Positions 17,500-25,804 of a DNA stretch of 64,000 nucleotides are shown in pieces. The DNA lies in the NCBI GenBank assembly GCA_009694585.1, contig SHUQ01000002.1, forward strand, positions 3,947 through 67,946, read 5' to 3'. The notes under the pieces are model-generated. The model did no database searches. It saw nothing but the letters and a program-made list of their open reading frames with translations, and was not told the DNA's origin. This DNA comes from Candidatus Nanopelagicales bacterium. Its GTDB lineage: Bacteria > Actinomycetota > Actinomycetes > S36-B12. The position numbers and the translations under genes are program-made. Numbering within the stretch: the first letter of the stretch is position 1; each line of letters starts with the position of its first letter.

Positions 17500-17756
17500 C
17501 CGAGCCCCCTGCATTTAGATTGAAGCTATTTTACGGTTTTTGGTTCAGCGGCTTGACCAAATGGAAATGGTGAAGCCGCTGCATCCAAAAGAGCGGGGGT
17601 AACCCCGGGCAGCAGGTGGTCCAGATTGTTACGACGAAAAGGAAATTGCTCCTGACCATGGGGTCAAGGGCCAAGAGCTGACTGCAACTACTCAGCACGC
17701 AATGGTGATTCGGGTAGGGGCTAGCGCCTCTTGACAGCCACAGGTAGGGTTAAGCG

Positions 17757-18191
17757 GTGTCTGAAAACATTTCATCGCAGCCAGAATCCGGGCAACTCGA
17801 GCCCACCTGGCCAGCTGCGAGTTCCAATCCGGGCCAAGTAATGCGGGCAGGGGTGCCCGCACCCACCGCGGCATCTGCGGTGTCAACATCTGGAAATGCC
17901 GTAGCTGCGCTCGTCCTTTCAATCGCATCTTGGGTCTTCTGCCCCGTAGTTTTTGCAATCATCGCATTGGTCTTCGCGCACTTGGGCAAGAAAGAAATTG
18001 AGGCCTCAGGGGGCTATAGACACGGCATGGAGTTGGTGACCGCTGCTCGAATTGTGGCCTGGATAAACATCGGGCTTTGGGCAGCATTACTAGTAATTGG
18101 GTTAATCATTGGATTTGTCGTTCTGGTGGCCGGGGGATTGTCATCGGTAACACCCGGCTCACTGGGCATTGGGTCGGCGGGAGTTAACTAA
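17757..18191 (+). CDS. DUF4190-like membrane protein
   Basis: TSGNAVAALVLSIASW...IIALVFAHLGKKEI...G..LVTAARIVAWI; stop overlaps next ATG (TAATG). Confidence 0.8.
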   Translation: MSENISSQPESGQLEPTWPAASSNPGQVMRAGVPAPTAASAVSTSGNAVAALVLSIASWVFCPVVFAIIALVFAHLGKKEIEASGGYRHGMELVTAARIVAWINIGLWAALLVIGLIIGFVVLVAGGLSSVTPGSLGIGSAGVN

Positions 18192-20071
18192 TGGCTGTGG
18201 TTGGCGCTTCCGGTTCAAATCTTGACTTACTGACTGACTTACGCGCCCTTTACGACGCCACCGGCGGGGGTACACCGAATGTTACGGTTGCGGTGATCGA
18301 CGGGCCGGTTGACTTCGCTCATGAGGTTTTTGAGGGTGCCGACCTCCGCACGGCCTTAGGCGCAATGTCTGTGACATCCGAGGCCGGAAACAAAATGGCA
18401 GAGCATGGCACACATGTTGCCAGCATTCTCTTTGGCCAGCCCGGGACCGAGGTGGAGGGTATTTGCCCACGGGTTCGAGGGGTAATTATCCCGGTTTATG
18501 ACGCTGCTACGGGCAGTGCGCCACAGTTGGAAGTGGCCCGAGCGATAGAACTGGCAATCGCTGAAGGCGTCGACATCATTAATTTCTCGGGGGGTCAGTA
18601 CTCAGACACCGGGCAAGCCGACCAGTGGCTTTCGGAGGCCGTAGCACGGTGCGCCGAGGCGGGGGTGCTCCTAATTGCGGCGGCAGGAAATGACGGTTGC
18701 GAGTGCCTTCATGTGCCGGCAGCGGCCTCGACGGCCTTGGCCGTGGGCGCCATAGATGCTGCTGGAGAGCCCATGGATTTCAGCAATTGGGGTCATGGGT
18801 ACTCCTGCAATGGGATCACCGCCCCGGGCGCCGATATTTTGGGGGCTGTGCCAGGAGGGGGAGTTACCCGACTGAGCGGTACCTCCTTTGCCACCCCTAT
18901 GGTTACCGGAGTTGCGGCGTTGCTGCTGTCGATGGCCCGGGCGGTCGGGACAGGGGTAGTCCCATTGAGTTCACTCGATATTCGAGAGATAATGATGACA
19001 GGTGCCGCAAAATGTGCTAGTAATTACCCCAATATCTGCCAGCGACTGCTGTCAGGGACGATTAATGTTGAAGGAGCGGTGAAAGCGATGAGCGATGCAA
19101 TGTTAATCGGTCCAGCGGAAGTTGCCCCATCGGGAGGCTGTGGTTGTGGGGGCGAGTCAGCTTCGGTGAGCCCAGAGTCGGCGGTTTCGGCAAGTGTCAC
19201 ACCGTCAATGGCTGATGCACCCGATGGCCAGAATAGTGTCTACGCATTGGGCAATTTGTCGTACGACTTTGGCACGGAGGCACGTCGTGACTCCTTCAAG
19301 CAATTGATGCCACCGGTCGAAATTAACGGCGATGTAGTGCCCCCAAATCCTTATGACGCCCGGCAGCTTGTCGCCTACCTCGGCGATAATCTTTCTGAGG
19401 CTAGGGCGCTCACCTGGACTTTGAATATTGAGTTGACCCCCGTTTACGCGTTGGAGCCAACTGGCGCCTTCGGCGCGGACCTTTATAATCGTCTCGTCGA
19501 AATCTTGGCCGCTGAGATCCTTGCCGAGGGCGATGAGGATAATGTCCAACGCGTCAGCATCCCTGGCCGTCTGACTGGCAACACCGTGCGGCTGTTCTCC
19601 GGTCAAGTTGTGCCAGTGCTTCAGCTTGAGAATCAACGCGGCATTTATGGGTGGAGGCACAATATGCTCGTCGCTCAGGCCGCACAGGCTATCAGCGGCG
19701 GTCCCAACAACACCGCGGATCTGGCCAAAATCCAGGAGAACCTGCGCGGTTTCCTCGACCGGATTTACTACGACATGCGTAACCTTGGTGTGCTCTCGAG
19801 TGATCGGGCGCTTAACTTTGCTGCGACGAATGCATTCCAAGCGGCGATGGTGTTTTCCGAAGCACTGGGCGGAGGCATGCAACTTGAAACCTTAGAGACT
19901 GAAATGTCGCCATTTGCTCGCGCTGATTCTGATGCCTGGGATGTGAAGATGAAGTTCTTCGACCCAGAAAATACCCGCCGTGCCCGTCGGGTGTACCGCT
20001 TCACTATTGACGTCAGCGAACTCATGCCGGTTACCTTGGGCGCGGTCCGCAGCTGGACCACGGCCGTCTGA
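18191..20071 (+). CDS. PatA-like cyanobactin maturation protease (S8 domain plus C-terminal PatA/PatG DUF)
   Basis: Triad VIDGPVD / EHGTHVAS / SGTSFATP; C-terminal YDFGTEARRDSFKQLM, NPYDARQ, RIYYDMRNLG, DRALNFAATNAFQ, WDVKMKFFDPEN, FTIDVS. Confidence 0.93.
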   Translation: MAVVGASGSNLDLLTDLRALYDATGGGTPNVTVAVIDGPVDFAHEVFEGADLRTALGAMSVTSEAGNKMAEHGTHVASILFGQPGTEVEGICPRVRGVIIPVYDAATGSAPQLEVARAIELAIAEGVDIINFSGGQYSDTGQADQWLSEAVARCAEAGVLLIAAAGNDGCECLHVPAAASTALAVGAIDAAGEPMDFSNWGHGYSCNGITAPGADILGAVPGGGVTRLSGTSFATPMVTGVAALLLSMARAVGTGVVPLSSLDIREIMMTGAAKCASNYPNICQRLLSGTINVEGAVKAMSDAMLIGPAEVAPSGGCGCGGESASVSPESAVSASVTPSMADAPDGQNSVYALGNLSYDFGTEARRDSFKQLMPPVEINGDVVPPNPYDARQLVAYLGDNLSEARALTWTLNIELTPVYALEPTGAFGADLYNRLVEILAAEILAEGDEDNVQRVSIPGRLTGNTVRLFSGQVVPVLQLENQRGIYGWRHNMLVAQAAQAISGGPNNTADLAKIQENLRGFLDRIYYDMRNLGVLSSDRALNFAATNAFQAAMVFSEALGGGMQLETLETEMSPFARADSDAWDVKMKFFDPENTRRARRVYRFTIDVSELMPVTLGAVRSWTTAV

Positions 20072-20083
20072 TAGTTGGCAACC

Positions 20084-20272
20084 ATGTTTCCGATCCAGGC
20101 ACCGCCGGTCCAGCGGCCAGAACTTGTCATCGTCTCTTCCACGGTTGACGTGAGTTCAGGGTCTCTGGAAGAATTGTCAGCGGTCTTCATGCACCTAACC
20201 CACGGGGCAAATTATGACTGCCCATCCCCGTGGGTAAATGCTGCATTTGCTGCAAGAAATAGGTCGAGATGA
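20084..20272 (+). CDS. PatB/AcyB/McaB family cyanobactin accessory protein
   Basis: MFPIQAPPVQRPELV...VDVSSGSLEEL...HLTHGANYDCP; PPVxRP and HGANY signatures; follows patA. Confidence 0.88.
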   Translation: MFPIQAPPVQRPELVIVSSTVDVSSGSLEELSAVFMHLTHGANYDCPSPWVNAAFAARNRSR

Positions 20273-20655
20273 GCGCTTCTAAGAAGTCTGCAGGTGGCGA
20301 GAACCCGCCACCTCGCGCGTCGCTGCCCAAGAATGCTAAGCCGGCGAAGTCCACGCCTAAAGCAAAAAAGAAGGCCCCACCAAGTGATCCTGTAGACCGC
20401 GCGCGCGCGTCAACAAAGTCGGTTTCACATGACCTGCACCCAGGGCACAACGTGCACCCGCTAGGTCATAATCCCTCTGAGAAGGTTCGAATTCTCGCGC
20501 ATCTGTACCAACCTTGGGCGGATGTTGATGCCAATGGAGGCGGGCTCTATGCGCTCGCCCACTGGCTCAAGTTGTTGGAGGAGCGGGGGGTCCCTGCAGT
20601 AAGTGATGCGGCTGAGGCTTCTGGGGGTTTCCTTCGTGGCCTGACCCATCGTTAG
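20269..20655 (+). CDS. PatC/TenC/TruC-like protein with Lys/Pro-rich N-terminal extension
   Basis: C-terminal GLYALAHW...FLRGLTHR resembles the PatC pattern GLxDYxxW...FRRGRIW; ATGA overlap with patB. Confidence 0.55.
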   Translation: MSASKKSAGGENPPPRASLPKNAKPAKSTPKAKKKAPPSDPVDRARASTKSVSHDLHPGHNVHPLGHNPSEKVRILAHLYQPWADVDANGGGLYALAHWLKLLEERGVPAVSDAAEASGGFLRGLTHR

Positions 20656-20663
20656 GGCCTGAT

Positions 20664-22697
20664 ATGCCTGACCTGAATACCCTGCCCGGGGTGCTTCGCC
20701 TGCGCGCGCTCACTCAAGGTGACCCTCGGGTCCTTACCGCGGTGATCGATGGCACACCGGTCATTGACCATCCCGCATTTGACGGGGCTGACGTCACTTC
20801 GGTGCGCGGGTACTGGCTAGATGACCGCGAGAATTCAGAAGGTAGTACCGGTCACGCAACCCACATCACGAGTGTGATTTTCGGGCAACCTGGTAGTGAA
20901 GTACCAGGACTGGCACCACGGGCTCGTGGGCTTTTTATCGCATCGGGAGTCGACGAGGACAGCTCCGAATCCGAAATTGGCATTGCGCGCGCTATTGAGT
21001 ATGCACTTTCGCAGGGTGCACAGATAATTCACTGCGCCTTTTGCCACCCAAGCCAGACCGGAGCAACACAGTCGTGGCTAACTGATGCGGTGCGTAAAGC
21101 AGAAGAAGCCGGTGCCATCATCGTGGCGCCGGCGGGTAACGACTACGGCGAGAACTGGTGCTCACCGGCCGCTATGCCAACCGTGCTTGCGGTTGGTGCG
21201 CTAGCAGATGACGGCGCGCCCATGCACTTCACTAACTTTGGATCACGTTATGACGGCCACTCGATTATGGGTCCTGGTGAAAACGTTTTAGGCGCAAAGC
21301 CCGATGGTACTGTCGTTAACCAAAAAGGCACCAGTGTCTCAGCACCGGTACTCACCGCTTTGATAACCGCGATAACCTCTGCACTTGTCCAAGCTGGTCA
21401 CGCGCCAAACCCGCAATTGGTTCGCAATGTCTTGATTGCGACCGCGCGTCCGTGCACCGGATCAGGGGCTGGAAGATGCATCGGTGGCGAAGTCGCGGTT
21501 GATCGTGCCCTTCAGGTCCTATTCGATGGCGTGCCAATTGCTTCTTTTGCGGCCGATAACGCCCGTATTTTGGCTCTGCAACCTGCTCCGAATGCCCCAT
21601 CGGTGATACCCGAACCACCTGCCCCCGATAGCCAGTACCAGTTTCCACCGCATTCATCGGCAACCCATCACCCCGAAGTGCTGCCAGATCCGCGCGAGGT
21701 GTACCTGCGTGAAGAGCGCAGAGGTGTCGCCGTATCACCTTCGGTTGAGCCGTCAATAATGTATCCGGCGCGCACCTTCGCGATCGGCACCATCGGCTAT
21801 GACTTCGGTGATGAAATTACCCGTGATTCATTTAATGAGGCGATGGGCGGACGCTACGGGGTGGGCACCGGCATCACCAATGACCCGCAGGCGATGGTTG
21901 ATTACTTGGATGTCAATCCTGCGGAAGCTCGCCGTTTAATCTGGGTGTTCTCAATAAATGATGAGCCTAGATTTGCAATCACTCCGGTTGGTCCCTACGC
22001 CTCGGATGTCTATGACATGTTGGCGGCGCTGCTGCAAGGTCAGGCCAATGGCAGCATCTCGGTGGTATCAATGCCAGGTAGCGCAGAGCCGGGAATGTCA
22101 ACTTTGCTTGATGGCACCGTCATTCGAAACCTCCATCGCAATGGGCTTCGGGGGATCTACGGCTGGCATGCGGCAAATCTGGCTGAGCAGTGCCTAGCGG
22201 CCGTTCACGGCGATGCCTTGAAGGGACTAGAGCAAGGGATCGCCGCAAAAGCCAAAGCCGAATCAATTGCCGCGGGAGCAGATGATGAGGTTTTCGGAAT
22301 AGATGAGGTCGGAACCGATTTCTGGACCCGCCTGCAGACCGCTCCCTCACCGGAAGTCCAACTTGCGGTCCAGGATTTCTTGGAGGAAATCTACTTCCGG
22401 GCTCCACAAGACCCGTCGGTTTCTGTTGAACGTGCCTTGAATCTAGCGGCAACGAACGGGTACCAAATTGCGATGGCGTTCCTAGACGCACTGAACGCCG
22501 GGTTCCAGTACCAACGTTACGACACCGAGTACAGCCCGTTTAGTCGGGTAGGCGGAAACTGCTGGGAAGTAATTCTCAGATTTAAGGATCCAGTACATCC
22601 GACTCGTGGTGCCCGCGAATACCGATTCACTATTGATGTCGCCGATACGTTGCCGGTAGCGGTCGGTCGGGTGCGACGCTGGGCGGCCGTTCGGTGA
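20664..22697 (+). CDS. PatG-like protease (stand-alone S8 plus DUF), lacking the macrocyclase insertion
   Basis: TQGDPRV..VIDG, GHATHITS, IIHCAFCHPSQT, PAGND..ENWC.PA, KGTSVSAP; DUF motifs GYDFGDE, ERALNLAATN, FTIDVAD. Confidence 0.9.
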   Translation: MPDLNTLPGVLRLRALTQGDPRVLTAVIDGTPVIDHPAFDGADVTSVRGYWLDDRENSEGSTGHATHITSVIFGQPGSEVPGLAPRARGLFIASGVDEDSSESEIGIARAIEYALSQGAQIIHCAFCHPSQTGATQSWLTDAVRKAEEAGAIIVAPAGNDYGENWCSPAAMPTVLAVGALADDGAPMHFTNFGSRYDGHSIMGPGENVLGAKPDGTVVNQKGTSVSAPVLTALITAITSALVQAGHAPNPQLVRNVLIATARPCTGSGAGRCIGGEVAVDRALQVLFDGVPIASFAADNARILALQPAPNAPSVIPEPPAPDSQYQFPPHSSATHHPEVLPDPREVYLREERRGVAVSPSVEPSIMYPARTFAIGTIGYDFGDEITRDSFNEAMGGRYGVGTGITNDPQAMVDYLDVNPAEARRLIWVFSINDEPRFAITPVGPYASDVYDMLAALLQGQANGSISVVSMPGSAEPGMSTLLDGTVIRNLHRNGLRGIYGWHAANLAEQCLAAVHGDALKGLEQGIAAKAKAESIAAGADDEVFGIDEVGTDFWTRLQTAPSPEVQLAVQDFLEEIYFRAPQDPSVSVERALNLAATNGYQIAMAFLDALNAGFQYQRYDTEYSPFSRVGGNCWEVILRFKDPVHPTRGAREYRFTIDVADTLPVAVGRVRRWAAVR

Positions 22698-24982
22698 GCA
22701 TGCTGGTCGGGCTGAGCCCAGCGGTGACAGTGAATCCCGCTGATGCCAGCTGGAGTGAGTTGGTCGGGCCGAGCGGCTCGCTGCTGGTACCTGCTGACTT
22801 TGCAAAATCCTTACCGGCGGGCGGTGCCTCGCCATCTAATGCGGTCGGTGGTGCGCGCCTGCTGCAGAGGTTGGCTGATGGCGGATTCTTAGCTGTCACG
22901 GCGTATGACGGAGATACCCCGCTGGCAACTTTGGTGCCGGGTGTGGATCCCTTGGAATCAATGCCAGTTGATGCATTGCCGACGACGGCCTACCGTCTTT
23001 CGAGATTCGCCTACCTACATCGTTCCAAGCGGCAGGTGTTGATTGAGATTCCGACCACCTCTGCTTATTTGGAGATTCACGATCCGCGCGTTGCTGCGAT
23101 TGCGGCCGGCCTTGCATTTGATCAGACCCCGGTAGCGCTGGCGTCAGCCAGCGGATTAAGTGTTGGGGGCGTCTGCGAAGTTCTTGGCCTAATGCGTTCG
23201 ATCGGCATCGTGGTTCCGGTGGTTCGCGGCCTGGAGTTCGTGCCGGCGGTTGCGTCCTTGGTGGACTGGGCGGAGCGCGAGGTATTAACAAGAGGCTTCT
23301 CGCATTCGGGTTTGGTAGCCGGCCTCGACCAGATCCCGGTGGATGGTGCAGATGGTTTTTTCCACTTGATTTTTGAACTGCACCATGACGGCTCCCGCAA
23401 GGTCGACATCTCGGTCTGTTTGCCATATTCCGGTCCGGGCACCAGTGGAGATCGCGCGCTGCTGGGCGACATGGGGTTTTATGAGTTTGATGTAGTTGAC
23501 GGGGTCGAGTCGCTAATGGGGTTATTCGTACATTTACGACCACCGACCGACCTGCTTGATCAAGACGAGCAGGTGCATCGCCTTGATGAGGCCCTTAGAG
23601 CGCTAGGCACCCACTGCTGTGCCTCGAGCAACCTCGATGCCCGCGGACTGGTCGCGGCTCTGGGCTTACCGGTGATGCTTGCAGTACTACATGAGCGAGA
23701 CGATGCCGTGCGAATGCTATTTTCCGTCCCCGACCTCGCGGCTTTGTCCGCAGCTCAGAAGGCCTTGCTCGATGCGGGATTGCCGCTAGCTAGTTTGGCG
23801 CACTTCCCGGCGATCGAGCCGCTGATTGGCGGTATGTCCCCGCTGCGGATCGCCGTTGATCTAACACAAACGGGTTTGGGTCAGCGCATCGGCTTTGAAG
23901 TTCTCGCTCCGCAGGCGATTGCAATTCTCGGTGCGGTGATGCCGGAACTTGGCGTTGACCCCCAAATGCAGGCGAGTGCCCTGGCGGCTATCTCCGAACC
24001 CAGTAAAGAGCGCACGGTTTACCAAACCAACCTAGATGGTTCGGTAACCGATGTTCCGGTTGCGCGGCAAGTCATTAACTTGCTGCACGTCAAAATCGGC
24101 CTCGAGCAAGATGGTCAAGTTGCGATCAAGACCTACTCCATTGCAGCGAGCAAGCCCTTCAACGAGGTTGGTAAGTCGGTTGAGGATGAGCGAATTCCTA
24201 AGTCATGGGAGTTTCACGATCTCCTTTTTCACACCAAGACCCGAAATGGCCGGGTGCGCGGTAAGCTCGGTGGCACCATCCGATTCGCATTAATGCCACA
24301 CCCGGCGGAGCCGTCAACCCAACCGGTGCCAGGTGACATCTTGTTGCCAAAGGTTGATATCCCAGCGGTAATTGCAACGGACCCGCCATTTGGCAAGGTA
24401 CTTGAGGATCGAAAGTCGATTCGCGCATGGAATGGTGCCGAATTACCGGTGGCCCAGGTTTCCGAATTGCTTGCACGGGTGATGCACTTGATCCCGCGAA
24501 GTGACGAATTAAATGGCCAGGCCATTGAGCGTTCTGGGCGGGTGTACCCATCGGGTGGAGCTCTTTATGAAATTGACATTGTGTTGTTTGCTAATCGCGT
24601 CGCTGGGTTGGCTCCGGGGGCATACCTTTACCGTCAAGGGTCGCATTCACTGGGCGCACTAACTGGTGACATCGAAAAGCAAGAGAAAGTTTTATTTGGC
24701 GCCAGTGATGCGACAGGTGCTGGAATGTCCCGGCCCCAGGCACTTCTTGTGTTGGCTGCACGTTTCCCAGATATAGCGACCAAATATGAGGGCATCGCAT
24801 ATTCGCTAATGCTCAAGCATGTCGGTGTAATGATGGCGACAATTCAATACTCGGCAACGGCGATGGGCCTAGGGTCGGTGCCTTTAGGCACTGGCGACAG
24901 CGACGCATTCGCACTGGCCACCGGCCTTGACTACTACACTCAAGGATCCATCGGTGAAATTGCTATCAGCCCGATGGATTGA
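22694..24982 (+). CDS. SagB/ThcOx-type azoline oxidase with a large inserted domain
   Basis: YRLSRFAYLHR peptide-clamp region, WEFHDLLFHTKTR, RKSIR, RVYPSGGALYE, catalytic KY in ATKYEGIAY. Confidence 0.88.
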   Translation: MSMLVGLSPAVTVNPADASWSELVGPSGSLLVPADFAKSLPAGGASPSNAVGGARLLQRLADGGFLAVTAYDGDTPLATLVPGVDPLESMPVDALPTTAYRLSRFAYLHRSKRQVLIEIPTTSAYLEIHDPRVAAIAAGLAFDQTPVALASASGLSVGGVCEVLGLMRSIGIVVPVVRGLEFVPAVASLVDWAEREVLTRGFSHSGLVAGLDQIPVDGADGFFHLIFELHHDGSRKVDISVCLPYSGPGTSGDRALLGDMGFYEFDVVDGVESLMGLFVHLRPPTDLLDQDEQVHRLDEALRALGTHCCASSNLDARGLVAALGLPVMLAVLHERDDAVRMLFSVPDLAALSAAQKALLDAGLPLASLAHFPAIEPLIGGMSPLRIAVDLTQTGLGQRIGFEVLAPQAIAILGAVMPELGVDPQMQASALAAISEPSKERTVYQTNLDGSVTDVPVARQVINLLHVKIGLEQDGQVAIKTYSIAASKPFNEVGKSVEDERIPKSWEFHDLLFHTKTRNGRVRGKLGGTIRFALMPHPAEPSTQPVPGDILLPKVDIPAVIATDPPFGKVLEDRKSIRAWNGAELPVAQVSELLARVMHLIPRSDELNGQAIERSGRVYPSGGALYEIDIVLFANRVAGLAPGAYLYRQGSHSLGALTGDIEKQEKVLFGASDATGAGMSRPQALLVLAARFPDIATKYEGIAYSLMLKHVGVMMATIQYSATAMGLGSVPLGTGDSDAFALATGLDYYTQGSIGEIAISPMD

Positions 24983-25009
24983 CACCCCCGCCTCGACTCG
25001 GATCTGCTG

Positions 25010-25804
25010 ATGTCGGGTCTGGTAAACACCGACGTTGAGCCATGGGAGTTCACGCTTGCGTCAATTGGCTCCTTTCGCGTCGCGGCGGATGGATCACCTG
25101 TGGTGACCATGGAAACCGGCTTAGACGCACAGGGCGAGGCCATGGTGCTAAACAATTTGCTCGACCCCCTTATTTGGTGGCGCCGGGGGTTCTGGTTGCT
25201 GAATGGTTCAGTCATGGTCGACCCGGCTGGTCGTGCGGTGTTGATCTCATCGGCACCAGAATTGGCCGAACGGGTGGTTGTCGGGCTTTCGAAAATCGGC
25301 TGGAAGTGTGTAGGTGACTTCCTGGTTCCCGCGCGAGTTGAATCTGGTCAGGTAATCGTCTATCCACGTGAAGCGCCGGTAATTTGCTCTGCAGCTATCG
25401 CGGTGATGGAGTCGATGACCATCGAAAACTTCGTGCGCCCAGGCGGTAATGCGGTGGGCATCGGGATTGCTCGCTGGAGCCAACCGATCGCCTTGGTAGC
25501 CATGGCAACTTTGATGCCTGAGCCGCCCGAGCCGGTCTCACCTGGCATTGGACGTGCTCGAATCGCACGTGCGCTGCTGGTAGAGGTGGTAGCCAAGGAG
25601 CGCACTCCCGGTGAGCTCTTGGAGATCGTGGCCGGCCTCGCGGTGCTGCCGGCTTGGGTGAGTAGTGATCCGTTGCGTGCCATAACCGACCCGGATGCCG
25701 AATGGGCATCGACGGATGCCCACCACACAAGTAGCAAGGCCAGGGGTGCCTTGGAACTTTCACTTGCTGAACTTGCGGCTTGGGTGGACTCGCAAAATGA
25801 CTAA
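25010..25804 (+). CDS. Degenerate HPr kinase/phosphorylase-like protein (P-loop lost)
   Basis: RGFWLLNGSVMVDPAGRAVLISSAPEL...GWKCVGDF parallels RG..LHAS.V...GRAVL..G.SG.GKST...G...DD. Confidence 0.55.
   Translation: MSGLVNTDVEPWEFTLASIGSFRVAADGSPVVTMETGLDAQGEAMVLNNLLDPLIWWRRGFWLLNGSVMVDPAGRAVLISSAPELAERVVVGLSKIGWKCVGDFLVPARVESGQVIVYPREAPVICSAAIAVMESMTIENFVRPGGNAVGIGIARWSQPIALVAMATLMPEPPEPVSPGIGRARIARALLVEVVAKERTPGELLEIVAGLAVLPAWVSSDPLRAITDPDAEWASTDAHHTSSKARGALELSLAELAAWVDSQND

Noticed and set aside
17531-17659. 42-aa minus-strand ORF (MVRSNFLFVVTIWTTCCPGLPP...) as precursor
   Set aside because: No RBS, no leader-like acidic helix, Cys/Thr not in a C-terminal core, and it overlaps a hairpin.
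20084-20272. Small ORF with SLEELS as the precursor peptide
   Set aside because: PPVxRP and HGANY motifs and its position identify it as PatB family.
25695-25796. Upstream extensions given by the ORF track for the sulfotransferase (also murB, secE, fusA, rplC, rpsC, rpsK)
   Set aside because: They overlap neighbouring genes or tRNAs; downstream starts fit family N-termini and RBS or -10 positions better.
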